Under the pieces are notes generated by a model, which did not search any database, had not been told where the DNA came from, and worked only from the letters and a program-made list of their open reading frames with translations. A DNA stretch of 54,085 nucleotides, the filler included, from Porpidia crustulata (taxonomy: Eukaryota): NCBI GenBank assembly GCA_964255105.1. It is 2 parts of 2 records of this genome, joined end to end, with 100 filler letters (N's around TTAATTAATTAA, not from the genome) between each part and the next. Parts side by side here need not be neighbours in the genome. Positions count along the whole stretch, not along the records: positions 27,109 to 54,085 come from CAXUWE010000034.1; 1 more part is not named here. The stretch is one strand, 5' to 3'. The translations under genes and the position numbers were made by a program. Shown piece after piece: positions 33,701 to 47,813 of the stretch (the first letter of the stretch is position 1; every line of letters starts with the position of its first letter).

Positions 33701-36700
33701 CTACGAAGCCCCTGAAGGTAGTAAGACAGCATCATGTCAGACGTGACGGTATCGTCATTGAACCAAACCATACCACATCGGCTCACGGTGGCGAGGGTGG
33801 CATATTTGAGCGTCTCCACTTCAAACAAAACACGGACATTTGATGGCAAGTTTAGTCGCTCGCCGTTGGGTAAGGTCAATATCTTGTTGTCATCTAAAAC
33901 ACTGTTTAAATTCTCCACCCACTCCGGGTCCACGTCGCCATCAAAAACGATCCAGTGTCGTTTGGAGTCCTCCCCTCGTAGATTATCTACAATTTTCCTG
34001 AGGAGGCTTGTAAATAGGCCGTCTGTCCACTCGCGGGTTGTGCTATCAAGACTGCCGTATAGAGCCTCCTTAGACATTACTTTTGAATCTATGATGTGAT
34101 AGACGCCCTCGACGCCCTCTAGATGTTGGAGTGCCCGTAGCAATGCTTTCCAGATTGCCGACTTCCCTGAGCCTGAATCACCCACCATCATGACACCATG
34201 ATGTATGGCTTGGATCTGATACAGTTGAATAATTTTAGTCATCCAGGTTTGGTTGACTACAAAGTGTCTTTCTGCTGCTTCCAGATTGATGGCGCTCTGC
34301 AATTCTTCTAGATTCGCGGTAACGTACTGAATGCCCGGGAAAGATTCTAGCTGGATACCCTTCATGGTCTCGACATCATTGCGAATTAACTTTGGGGCGA
34401 TCGTCTCGTGAATGCTTTGCACGATAATTTGAGGTTCAATGGTGTCCTCGTCCCGCAATATTTCTTGGCTGGCCGTTAATCGGAGGCGTTTGAGACCACC
34501 AGAACTTATTAGAACGCTTTTCAAAGCTCGTAAGCCGAAGTCGTAATGGGCCTGCTTCGTCAATTGAACTGCGCAGAGATCGAAGAACCGTACAGCTTTT
34601 TTTGCAAGTTGCTTGGCATGCTTGAAACCCTGAGAGTAAAGCATGACTTCAGCAATTAATTCTTTGTCTGGCTTAGACATCGCTACACTACGGAAGAGCT
34701 TCTTCAAATTGTCCGGTAAGTTCGATCGCCCTGCGTAGCCAGGATTCATAGTAATAAAAATGCCAGTATTAGTGTTGACAGGAAATTGCCTACCGCCTAT
34801 TTCGACTTGCGCGCTGCCATGTTCGGAACCTTTCTTCAGGCCAAGTTGAATATTCTGAATCTGCTGTGACACAGCCGAGAGTATACGCTCTTCCAACCGA
34901 TTGAACTCGTCGAAACAGCCCCAAGCACCGACCTGACAGATCCCGAGGAAGATGCGGCCCATAGCCTGAAAGTCAAAAGTATCGTCACAACAGAAAACTA
35001 GTGTGTATCGACCAAGCTGCACCCCAAGTGCTTTGACTGACTCAGTTTTACCAGTTCCCGCGGGCCCATAAGGAGATCCTCCTAGACGCTGGGCCATGGC
35101 TTGCGTGAGCGTAAGAAAGCAACGATCGGTCAACGGCGTACGAACCAATCGATCGGGTATACCAAGATATTCGAATCCATATGCGAGATCAGCATTCGCC
35201 AATTTGATCCGTAGTCGATGTATGCAGTCGCCATCCGGCTTATATACGTATCGCATTTGAATCAACCACATATGGTGAAATGGTGAGGTTGCTCCAGCGT
35301 TGATGAGCTTCTCAATGGCATCACGCTGATGAACAAATTCGGTTATGAGATGCTCACACTTCTTTCTGATCAGCAGATCAAGATCTCCCAGTACAATGGA
35401 CGCTAGCAGCTCAAGAACTTTAATTCGTATATTGTATTGAGCCTGCAGACCAGTACCGCCAGAAGCCAACGCGAGATTAACCGATGTGGTCCAAGTAATC
35501 TGCGTGGCTAAGACAACGACTTGTGCAGGAAAATTGGCAAGATAATCATCGAACGCACCCCGGTCGATGCAATCTTCCTCGCAAATTGCTTGGAACGACA
35601 GAACGGCTTCGCTAAGAAGCTCCGCTATTGTTGTCTTCATGTTGTTGTCCAAAGCAGCCAGCCAATCGTTGATTTTCGGGGTTTTCACGAGTGAGATTGG
35701 CCGCTTTAGGTAAACCTCTTCGCCTTCCTTCGAAGTGAAACCCTTTATGGTCGATTCCTCATCCATGAGAAGTCCCGACAAACCTGCAAACATCTTTCGG
35801 AAGTGTTTCGCAATCCTCATGGTATCATTGCTATTACCAATAATTTCTAATAGATCCTCATCGCCAACAAAGTAGAATCGAGGGAACGAGATGCGTTCAC
35901 GTTCAAGGTACTCTCCCAGAGCTTTTTGGATCTTATTGAGTAATTCGGTAAGTCGTTCTAGGGATTTCTGCACTCCCGAAATATTTAGGACGTCAAGGAC
36001 AAATGGCGATTTGTAGACCTTTTTTAAGACAGCGAAGAATTCAGAATTGATATTCTGGAAGCGCGAGGACTCGATGGGTAATAGATGCTTGATATCTGCA
36101 TTCCCAGTGAAAACACCTTCGAGGTATACCCACTGTCGTTGCACATCGATCCAGACGTCAAACAGCACATGCACACGATTCAGTTTGTCTTCCCAGGCTG
36201 ATGCCTCTTCTTCAAATTCCTTGTAGTACGGTGAATGCCTCATAGCCTGTAAAGAGTTCAGGTTTTCGCTGCATTTAGCGAACAAATCATCCCACCCACG
36301 TATCAAACGGCATTTATTCTGATAATTAACAAGATCTAGAGAATAATTTTGCCATGTATCGCGAACTTGCTTCAGAAACTCTTCGAGAGCCATCTCTCCT
36401 TGAGCCTGAGCGACGATATCACGGATTACTGGTTCACTGGGAGCAAGTTGAAGGTCCCAAACATCCCCAAGGCTCATTGACATTGGCGAATACCGCTTCC
36501 CGGGTATCAAGGCTTTGAAGATCTTGATCCAGTGACGCTCACGAACGGCTTCTGATTTCATATCCGACAGAAGAGAGTTGACGTTGAGAAGTTGGCGAAG
36601 ATTTGACTGTACATACTCAAAGGCAGCATACTGTCGCATACGACTCGGCATCTCTTTGGTTACCTTAATCAGGCTCTCAATGGAGTGACGCAACTTCCTT

Positions 36701-39700
36701 GGTTGTATGCTCGACCAAAGGGTATCACGAAGGTCGTGAATATTATTCCATATTATTGATAGAGCATCCCACACAGAAGTGAAATCTTGTACTTCCTCTA
36801 TAATTGTAGTCATTATGTCACTTGGGCTGCTTGGTAGATCCAAGGCGTCCTTGGCCTTAGACACCATATCTGATTCAGACTGTAACATCGCGAGTCGTGA
36901 CTGAAAAGACTTCAAAGTTGAAGATGCTTCTGTGGGAGGAATGCTGCCTGAGATTGGCTTCTCCTCGTTCCATTGAGCCACAATCTCTGCGATTCTGCTA
37001 CTCACCACATTATCCTCTGCCGATATCTTTGCGCGAAGGGCATCGGTCTGGTCTTTTACGATTTTCAGTTTGCGGGTCAGAATTTCGTTTAGAGCAATCC
37101 ATTCGTGATCGACTTGTTCAACAGATAACCAGTCTGTTGCAAATTGATGTCGTTGCCGTGTAAGAGCGGTCTGACCCTGTCGAAAGAGATCTATCTCCGG
37201 CTCCCAGAGTTGTACCTTCCTCTTACATTGCTGGATGACAGTGATGAATGAAACTGCCTGGGCTGTGGAGGATGCCTCGAGCGACTGTCCTTCAAGATCT
37301 CTACGAGCCTTTTCTACTTCGGCATAGACCTCTTTCATCCGATCTCCTAGTCGTCCAGCAAATTTCAAGAGTATCTCGTGCTGCCATTGATCATACTTAG
37401 CATTAACTTTGGTCTGAACTTGCTCATAATTGATTGTCGCCGATCCAAAGGAACGACTTGACTCAGAGGTATCAAAAGTGGTTCGGGTTTTTCGAATATC
37501 TTGTAATAAATGAAGCCAATTCGCGAGATCGTCGCCAAGAACTTCATATGCATACTCCGCCTGAAGGTCCCAAAGAGATTGGAATTGGAGCCATTTGTCT
37601 ACATATTTGGTGATTTCATTTAGCTTTTCCTCGATGAATTCATATACAGCCGACAAATCGTTCATGCAAAGGCCCGTAAGATATGCGAACCGTACCTGGG
37701 AGGTCTTGGGACCGAGATTATCAAACCTCATTTCGTACCTTGAAGACATGATGATCGGTAGATCGCACACAACACCAAGCCATTCGTGCAGCTGAGACAA
37801 CCAACTGGCCCGAGCATATTCTGGGGGCGGATCAAGATAAATAACTTGATTACGCATAGATATTTCGTGGACGAGCTGTTGGAGTTTTGGAGCATTAATC
37901 TCGTCTTCTTGTCCTGCTATAGTCCATTTACGCGTGCTATCATCGTTCACACCCTCCTGATTCGGTTTGACAAAAGCATTAATCCATGATTGCATTGCCC
38001 TTCTGAGCCGCTCAAGCAGAACGACCTCAATTTCTTTGTTTGTTTCGCTCACCCAGAAGGGTAAATTTGCGTAATTCTCAAGGTTTAGCTGATCGACTGC
38101 GGACTGGATGGTCTCAAGTCGTGTGGTGAACTCCGAAGCTCTGTGTGGGCAGCTCCGTAACTCAATGAAAGCTTTCTGAATCGTAGTGTAGACTCCTTCT
38201 AAAGTGGAGGTTTTGCTTTGTAGTACCGAAGCGACAGCGGCAAAATCTCGTACAAATTGGACGTGCTTGCTTTCGTTGCGGCCTGCGGAAGGAATACGTG
38301 CGGCGGAGCCACCTAAGAAATGAGAGGCCTGCTTGACTTGCGCATCATAAGAATGCACAAACGACTCCCATTTCAAAGTCATTCCTTTCATTGTGAGGTT
38401 ATGTACTTCCTTCTGATACCCATTGAGGAGAATATTAATCGAGGACATGGAGTCTATGACCCGGCTGGTCTGTGCCAGGCTTCGTACACTTTCCATCAAG
38501 CTGACTGCAAATGGATACACGCGCTTTGCTTCCTTTGATATGCTGCTGATGCCATGGGGGACCTGATAATTCAGCCAAACCAGATTTCTCACCTCTTTAA
38601 AGAGAGCAATGACCTGGGGATCAAAATTGATTATCAGCTCCAATGTGTTGCCAAGCGCTCGATTTCTGGCAATGCCAAAGAGTCTGCCGGTAATCGTGAT
38701 TCTTCGTTTCGTCACATCGTGCAACCAGGACTCAAATATTGGTCGTGTGTCGAGCTTCTTACGGAACATCCCACTCTCGGCTTGCAATTTCTGTCCTTCC
38801 GAGTGAAGTGCCCAGTCTTTACCCAGTACATCCTCAACTCTTCTCATGTACCCGTCGAGCTGTCTCTCAATTTGACGGGCCCAGATGATAGCACCCGCTA
38901 CTGGAGGAAGATCTCGAAGCTGTGCCATTGCGTGTGCCTCAGAGTGTCCATATTGCTGCTTGAAACGCTCATGCAAGGCGGCTATATCATGCTTGACGTT
39001 ATTAATGAGCTGGGTTTGATACTCACCAATCGCACCACGAATCTTAGGCCGAACAAACAAAGCATTGAACTTCGAGAAAACTCGAAACATCTCGTTAGCC
39101 GTCTTTGCAATCGCTAGGCGATCTCTGAGACGAGCAATGATGGAATTCTCAACCCTTGATGTCCGCTCATTGTATGTGGCCTCGGCCTGAACCCAGACTT
39201 GTGTTCCTTCCGGAGAAACGTCAAGAACGTCTACGTCTTTTATAGCAGCATATGCTTGGGTTACCTCTTCGACTGCGTCAACATCACCAACTTCTTCGAT
39301 AAGAACAACTTGATCATCATCGATAGCGTGGGTTGAAGATGCACTTGAGCGCTTAGTTCCTAGTACGGTGAGAATGGTCCTTTGAAGTTGTTCATGGTTC
39401 ACACGGAAAGTATTCACATAATCCAGACGCTCTTGTAGCTCCACGAGACGGGAGACTACTTTAATCGAGATGAACTTTTCCGCCCTTCGTCGAATGACTT
39501 CGCGGGCGACGTTAGTAAAGTCTTTGACGTTATCATCCCAAGTTGTCCAGATGCCTTCCGCTGCATCTATAACAGCCTCAAAATCTTTGAACTCCAGATG
39601 CATTAGAGTCCGACCATGTAATAGTGAACGCAGCTGTGTCTCAAGATCGCCTGAGATAGCCGTAACAAGTGGTAGGGCACGAGCAATGGGATAAGGGCAG

Positions 39701-40937
39701 ATCCGTAACTTCCTGTTGAGGTGATTGAATATCGAAACCACGGAATCCTGTATTTTTTGCAACGACGTCGCGGCTAGCAGTTCGTCCAATGGAAAGTCCC
39801 GCATGAGCTGGTTGTACTTCTGCACTTTATCTGAGGCATCTTTCAAGCCAGTATCAGCACTGAAGCTGACAGTAGCTTGGAAGCGCTTCGCATGACGTAG
39901 TATATCCATGGTCAGTTGAACACCATCGCTCCTCAATTGCAATTCAATACCCTCTAGTGCAGACTCCATTGAAAGCCAGAAACTGATCTCCTGTGCTGCT
40001 GATCCACTATTTGGATCCCGAGACATCTTCGTAATCGATTGGATAGACTTGATCCAGCTATTGACAGTGTTCTGTAACTCGTTCAGGAACCTGCTATCAT
40101 TTAAGAGACCCGAATTGATTAGATCGGTCGTTGGCTTGATATTTTGGGTAGACGCGGAGGAGATGGCATCCTGAACAATGTCCGGAAGCGGAAGTACCAA
40201 TTCAGGTATCTCAATGTTCTGCTGAAGGTGGAGCAAGCTGAGTTCTAATTCCGCGAGTTTTTTCTTGGTTCCGGGTACGCCAGTTTTGCTATCAGTATCA
40301 GGACGGCCTTTGCTACCATCTAGCTGCCTTTGGCTTTCTGCGTAGGCGTTGAAATATGGAGAAAGTGCAAGATGTATTATGGAGTGGAGGACTTCATAAG
40401 CAGAAGCCGGAGCACCTAGAGCGGCGTTTGCATTGTGAAATGTTCCCAAGCCCGGTAGATTAATGATCTGAATCTGTGATGCAAGCGGGATGACAGGATC
40501 GATCGGATGCGGAGATTTTAGGAGTGCCACTGATGCATTTGTTGTAGACAAATATGATATCTCAGATGACAGTGAATATGTGTACAGGGGCGTGTCTCCT
40601 AATACAAAGTGTTAGCATACGATTGCTGTTTGGGGTCAATCTGGTACTTACCCGGTGAGGGATGAGATTCACCATCTATGGCATCGGTGGGAAGAAGATC
40701 TTTTTGGACATAGAGCGCGACCTGTGACTCTGAGGCGAAGCGTGTACATCGCTGAACAGTGTCCTGTCTTTTTGAGGAAGACAATAAGCTTCCGTGGCTT
40801 TCCAAGTCCTCTGTAGACGCTCCTAGCGTCACCTCAAGTAGATCTATAAGATGCTGTATCACCACGTTCGGATTGAGAGCTGTAACGGGGTTTGAGGACG
40901 GGGCATGCCCGTTGGCCCCTGGGGAGACCACTTCCAT
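27740..40937 (-). CDS. DYN1: Cytoplasmic dynein heavy chain (NudA/Ro-1/Dyn1), about 4360 aa (exons 40937-40652, 40598-28294, 28234-27740)
   Basis: Four Walker A motifs ([32 protein letters not shown]), a coiled-coil stalk, and the short ascomycete C-terminus [22 protein letters not shown]. Introns 40651-40599 and 28293-28235 (both GTAAGT..AG) keep the frame. Confidence 0.98.
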
Positions 40938-41421
40938 ATTCGAAAGTGGATGCAAATGATTATCATAAAAGACTTCTTGTAAGCAACAGCTTCATCGTGT
41001 CGCCCATAGTTTGATAACGCCACTGGTCCTAATTAGATAGGCGGCTACAACCGTAGGGAATAAGAGTGCTTCACCCCGGGGTGGTCGATAATTAAGAGAC
41101 GAGTTTATATTCAGGTAACGCGCCGCGGTATTGTTCCGTATGGCGCTAAGAACTAGTATCAAGCGCATGCACAAGCACACAAGGTAAGGTACTGCCACCT
41201 GCCCACGCAAGCCACGGTGCCACGCTAATCTACCAATGGGTTGATGTCGAATTACTCTCAAGCACGTCAATATATCACTTATGCAGCGATAACTCTGTTT
41301 ACAATATGGAGCAAGTTCCTCCTTGTCTGCTCATGGTCGCGCTCCTACGAATATTAAAGAGCAGCACTTTGAGGTATAAAGTCCAACAAGTCAGCACCCA
41401 CGAGATGCACAAGGCTTAAAA

Positions 41422-42779
41422 TTACGAAATGAAAGTAGCTTCGGAGAAGAGATCACCCTGCTCAACCTTCTCTCTGCCATCAATGGTGATCGTAAGCGAA
41501 AGCTTCGGCTGGGGAGAATACTGTAGATCTTGTGAGCAAGGTACTTGGTCCTTAACGAAGACCGCACTGCGATATACCTGATATATATATGGCTTTGTCC
41601 CTGCCACGCCACCAACGATGGTTTTGATAAAACCTGGAACTTTCGACATTACGTCGACTTTATCAAGTCTCTTGCCCAAGCTGCCTCCAAGCTCTGCACG
41701 CACAGGTCTACCGTCTTTAGTATTTCCGCTCCACAGGAATTTGACTGCACATGGCTCGGGCCAATCGTTGTCAGGGTCCTCCTTTATCTCGGTATGCTGT
41801 GCGGAATGATCTGATCCTGCACAGATGATCTCTCCATCCGTAGCAATACCACCTACGCTGACGACTGTGGATCCATATGAAGGTGGTGTAATGTATTCCA
41901 TCATAACCGCAGAGAACGTAGGGGATTGAAAGTTGGCGAAGTTCCATTTTGCAACTACGCGTTGTCAGAAACGAAGTATTACACTTTCTTGTAAACCCAT
42001 GCATACCAGCATGATGGGGCTTCATTCCCTGCAATGCATGAACAAAAAACCCTCTTCCCTTAAAATTTACATCTTCCGATTTAGTGATAATACTGCCTTC
42101 AACTTTACATCGCGGCCAAAATGCATGTCTCATGGAACCCCATGGATTTTGCGGATCCGTGCCGAAATAGCTCTTGCCATCTTTCCCAACGTGAAAGCCT
42201 GGAGCTGTTCTCGATATAGTGAGATTTACAATACTGGTTTCATTCGTGACAGACTTGACCAAGTAAGACGTTCCGTCTTCGTTGAGAGTAACAGCGCAAC
42301 CATCGGCGTAGAAGGAAAGCTTCTTGTCGTCAAAACCATAGTTGTCTAACGTATCAGATGACCATAAAGGAGGGGTTTGAGCGTCGGGAAAAAAGATCTT
42401 GGTGTTAAATTGGCAAGTAGTTCGGATCCCGCTGGTTGCACCCAATGAAGTCAGTAATTACCTATGTGTGGCTTTCCGCATGATATCTCACGCAACATTA
42501 CTGTAGATTACTTGGGCCATGCCAATATGACCACTTTCCGCCATGAGGTAAAAAGTTTGTGTCTCGACGCAAGTAGACTCCATGGCAGTCCATTTCAGGT
42601 CTTCCGACTGCAATTCGGTATAGGGAACTGTCTCAGCCTGTTTGGCGACAGACTGAATGGCCGAAGGCCCATAGATAGGCTCTTGCGTTCCAGCAACATT
42701 CGCAACTCTGTCGATATCAGCTATGCCGTAGTCCAACGCAAGCAAGACCATAGACTTGCTGCTGTTTAATCCAATTCAT
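41422..42779 (-). CDS. SVF1: Survival factor 1 (Svf1) (exons 42779-42760, 42707-42492, 42431-42007, 41954-41578, 41520-41422)
   Basis: [80 protein letters not shown]. Confidence 0.92.
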
Positions 42780-43154
42780 GTTCCTGGGGTTTGAAAGCCG
42801 ATGATAGAGACTTTTTGAATAATTGGACGGACGATGAGGTCGGAAGATATAGCATCAGACCTCGAGGCTTAAGCTCATTACCCGACTGCGGGCTAGACAT
42901 CGAGTACGGGCCGTGCCGTCGCTTGGCCGACGTGCCGACCAAATATTCCTCGAAACGAAGACCTGCCCATACTCGGGTTGGACGACCACGCACTCATCCA
43001 CCACCTGGAACAGAATTAAGAATTAAGTGTATCTGTATTAATTGCAGATACGCTGCATCGAGCAATCTCTAGTGGATTGACACGGATACTTTCGAAGATT
43101 GCGAAACGCTAAGCAGGAGTGGTACACTTGGAGAAAATTCTCCAGCGCTAGGAT
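42780..43154. promoter_or_regulatory. Probable bidirectional promoter, SVF1 / uL11m
   Basis: 375 bp between divergent start codons. Promoter function is inferred from geometry only. Confidence 0.5.
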
Positions 43155-43666
43155 ATGGCTCGCAAACAGTTAGCGAGGGATCAGGTAGTCAAGCTCATAG
43201 TGGGAGCTGGTCAAGCAAGTCCAAGTCCACCTGTGGGTCCGGCCTTGGGTAGTAAAGGAGTCAAAAGCATCGATTTCTGCAAGGTACGTTTACAATATGT
43301 ATTGCTTCAAGGGATTTTAGCTTATATTATCAGGAATTCAATGCACGCACCGCCCATATGACGCCTGGTGTTCCGATCCCCGCTCGAGTCACCGTTCGTC
43401 CTGATCGGTCCTTTCATTTCGAGCTTCGTTCACCGATGACATCCTATCTACTTTTACAAGCGGCTAATGTGAAGGAGCGAAAGAGCAAAATTAGAGGTGC
43501 CATAGCGCCGGGGAAAGAAAGCATTGGGGACGTTTCATTGAAACATGTTTACGACATAGCGCAAATCAAGCGTTCTGAGCTTAGATTATCTGGTCTGAGT
43601 CTGCCAGGGCTATGTAAAAGCGTCATTGCACAAGCTCAGTCCATTGGCATCACGGTGGTTCCGTAA
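43155..43666 (+). CDS. MRPL19: Mitochondrial large-subunit ribosomal protein uL11m (YmL19) (exons 43155-43283, 43334-43666)
   Basis: [55 protein letters not shown]. Intron 43284-43333 (GTACGT..CAG). Confidence 0.93.
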
Positions 43667-44411
43667 GCGCAATATATTGGATATTTCTTCCACTACACCG
43701 GTAAAGGATACATGTGGAATTATGCACCACAAGTGATACATTCATCCAATGAGCAGTCGAATCAAGTCATGATGTCGAGTATTACAATTATTCCTAAGAT
43801 CTTGATGTGCTTCTTAGCTCGTTGATATTCTGCGATTCCAGCAGAGCCAGGAGTATTTCTCTGAGTATTAAATGATCAAAATCTACTATGTACGATTATA
43901 ACTACTGATAAATTGGATTCATCCTCCTGATAATTGCCGCTGACTTCCATGTTGGTATGTTATTATCATATACCTACATTACCACTGTAGCGTCTGAGGA
44001 TCGGACCACGTGACCGTTTGAAAACTTAGCATTACGAATGAGAATTCACCAATTTTCATCAGCCTTACCATTACGATTTGATTCCGCCTCCGCAGTGCTA
44101 AAATCCTCTGCCCCTACAGTGATAAGATCTGATTTATCCCTCTCTAATGAGTCCCTGACATCAATGATTTTGAGAATCGCAGTGTCAAATCACAGGGCTC
44201 TTCTCCCTTTGAGGGGTTGAAAGAGTTGCTCGACTATCGAGCAGCTGAAGAGGCGGAACCCTATCACTAAAGGCTGACCCGTCATACATGCTACATTAAA
44301 GTTCGTTGGAGTCAGCCTGTTCTGTCCCTATCTTCTGACTTATGGAAGGATTAAGAAATATCTCACTGGTTGAATTCTCTGGGATTATTATTACGCCCAT
44401 ATCTCATCACA

Positions 44412-47301
44412 ATGAGTTCAGAAATGTCACAGGCTAGCCATCATGAAGGAAGCAGTACTACTGGAAAAGGTTTGCTTAACCCTTCTTCAGTCGCTACACT
44501 GCAAGTTGGCTGAACAGAATAGAAGCTGGTGGACAACCTTTACCAGGCTGCGAGCCTGGTGCACTACCAGCAAAATCTACGATTCCACCTTCGGAGCCAA
44601 TGCAGCCGCAAGCCGTGCGATTTGCGTCGGTAAACCAAGAGATAGGGCCTCAGCAGGGCCTACAATCTTCGACGACTACGACATCGGATAATCCTATGGT
44701 GGAGACAGGTACACTGAGTTCTAGAGCTCATGCGGAGATTCGGCAGCTTTCTCAAGGCCTGCAAAACGTTCACATGCAGCAGAATATGCAACAACGACGG
44801 ATGAGTAACTTTGCATACGAACCAATGTCTTTACCAACTTCAAGGGTAAGCAGAAATTTTCGCTCTTTGTGGAACATCTGAAGACCACGTCCAATCCTTC
44901 CAATGTCTTATCCGTACAATCCATTTTGCAGCACGAGCTTCCTGTTCTGAATGCGGGGTTGGGCTTCAAATTCACCTACACATAAAAAACACGTTGACTT
45001 GATGTGGAAACGACTCTAAAAAGGGGTTTTCGAGTTCAGATCGATACGGCCCGTGCAATTCCTCGTCGATTTATTGCTGGCTCAACGTTTGTCCCTGTGA
45101 TGTAAAACTAATGCTTAGATTCAGGTGCCTTCAAATGAGTCAAGTCCATACAATAGTTCGCGAGAAGCGACAAGGTCCGTCGGGCCATCTCCTCAGCTTT
45201 CCCCGCCGACATCGACCATGCCTACTCCCCCTCTGACACCAGCAGCAACGCCTAATCGTGAAAGGCATGGTGGTCCTCCAGATGCCTTGGGTGCAGGCTT
45301 GACGAAAGTACACCCTGATCCTTTACAAATGGCTCCCCAGATCTCGCCAGGGAGGGCCATAGCGTCGGCAGCGCAAGTGGCAGAGGTATCTGATCCGAAC
45401 GTAATGTCAAGCGCTACGACATCGAGACCATCTTCCCCTTCTGAACAAACATCCACGCGCCCAACATCGTTATCTCAAGGCTCTAGTGATCCCGTGCCAG
45501 CCTTTGCCGTTGGGCCCAGCGAAGAGTCAGTTGTGGCTTCCCGGGAGCCCAGTCCTTCACATACGCTTGGTGGACGGTCTGGTACGACCACACCCCCAAT
45601 CGGACCTGCTAGGCCATTCACGCCGGGAGGAGATCGCGAAGATCCCTATGCAAGGAGCAAAAGACCTCCACAACCACGAAACTTAGATTCGATCGATTCT
45701 AGATTCATTTTTGGTAGCAAAGAGAGTCGCCGTCGCTCAGGCATCTTACCAGCCACAACTTCCTCCCATCCATTACCTCGTTCAAACAGTGGTCATGATC
45801 TAAAGTCTCAGGATAAGCATCAATCGACCTTTTCTTTGCACTCTCTCACTGGGAAGAAGGACCACCTCGGCCATCTCCACGATGATAGTACTACAAGCCT
45901 GGGCGGGAAGCCACATGGATCTATGTCGGAGCTAAAGAGGTTTTTCCGACTTGGACATCATAAGTCTAAAGGATCATATTCATCCTCCGCGAAATCCTCG
46001 GTCAATAATACAGGGTATCGAACACCACCACATCAGCTACCACTCGCGAACGTCCCTTTCGCCGATGACCATGGTTTACAGACCAGGTACGGTAAATTTG
46101 GGAAGGTTCTTGGGTCTGGTGCTGGAGGATCGGTACGGTTGATGAAAAGGAGCAATGATGGTAAAACTTTTGCGGTAAAGCAATTCCGGGATCGACATTC
46201 ATATGAGACTGAGCGCGAGTACGCAAAGAAAGTTACCGCGGAATTCTGCATCGGATCTACTCTGCATCATGGCAACATTATCGAGACTCTCGACATCGTA
46301 CACGAAAGAGGTCATTGGTATGAGGTCATGGAGTACGCCCCTTATGATTTATTTGCAATCGTAATGACCGGTAAGATGTCGAGAGAAGAGATATCCTGCT
46401 CCTTCCTCCAGATTGTGAGCGGTGTTCATTACCTACATGGCATGGGACTCGCGCACCGAGATCTAAAGCTAGATAATGTTGTGGTCAATGAACATGGCAT
46501 TATGAAGATCATTGACTTCGGGAGTGCGAGTGTCTTCAGGTACCCTTTCGAAAATGATACCGTACTCGCGAGCGGTATGTTCTTTCGATCCCTTCCATAG
46601 ACCACCGCTAATTATTTGAAGGTATTGTCGGATCGGATCCCTATCTGGCCCCAGAGGTGTACGAGAGCAGTAAATACGATCCGGAACCTGTGGACATCTG
46701 GTCCTTAGCTATCATTTACGCTTGCATGTCGCTTCGTCGGTTCCCTTGGAAAGCACCTCGTCTCACTGACAATTCCTATAAACTTTTTGTTTCCCCTCCG
46801 TCGTCCGGAACCTTACCGGCTGAAGGAATAAGCAGATCTTCGGATAGCAGGTCAAGGTCTGAGCCTATGATCACTTCTGCCGCGGAAGAAGCGCGTCGTA
46901 GCTCAGCTCACCCAGTTGATTCTACAATTCCGCAGCCTACTGAAGAAGATGTGGGAATCCATCACCACAGCCATCATCACCACCATCGGGAGGATCAAAC
47001 AGCTACCGTGGAAAGCTCCCAATCAACTTCGACGCCGGCTCCTGCCCCAAGCTTGAAACCAGAGGTGATCAAAGGACCGTGGCGGTTGCTCCGATTACTA
47101 CCCAGGGATACCAGAGCCATCATGGGAAGGATGCTGGAAATTAACCCCGAAGTCAGGGCGACACTTGCCGACATGATCGCCGACCCGTGGATCGCAAATA
47201 CACCAGTTTGCAGCCAGCTTGAAGGCGGACGAATTGTAAAAGCGCCTGGTCATGAACATACTCTTGAGCCAGGTACACCATCTGCGCCATCTGATAAGTA
47301 G
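44412..47301 (+). CDS. SAT4: HAL-family Ser/Thr kinase, Sat4/Hal4 type (exons 44412-44469, 44523-44845, 45125-46574, 46622-47301)
   Basis: [67 protein letters not shown]. Long Ser/Pro-rich N-terminus with VRFAS and LKRFF, and a His tract in the C-lobe insert. Confidence 0.88.
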
Positions 47302-47813
47302 TATACTGTGGTACATCCTTTTACTCTTCTTGGCGTTGAAGATGGAGGCAATCTGCATTAGCGCAACTGAGGTTTTAGGGCGTCATTCCATACCCGTTCT
47401 TACATTCATCATGTTTCTACGATAGCTACGGGTGGTGGTCTACAATATTCCCTTCAATTAGTGTAAATATGTACGAGATGAAAAAATTCAATGGTATACC
47501 TTTTCTGCCAATATCTTCCGCGTGGTTCAAAAAGATCTCTAGGAGAGCACGTTGTGCAAGAAAAACATAAGACTGGTTTTAGTATAATTTAGACGAGACT
47601 AGTCTCATTTGAGGCTCTGTGCTCTATGATTTAGCTCGGCTACTGCTGCGGGAATCCGAGCCGGAGATTAGATAAGATAATCAAGATTAACGCCGATCAA
47701 CGCCCTTTTTTGGCTACACTGCTCCAATTTGCGGCACAGCATCCTTCAATGTCACTCAATCTACATGGCTCCTTTTTCCGCACATATCATCTCTGTGTAC
47801 ATTGGAAATATCT

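Noticed and set aside
47595..47606. Perfect 12-bp palindrome GAGACTAGTCTC
   Set aside because: Six-bp arms are expected many times by chance in 54 kb.
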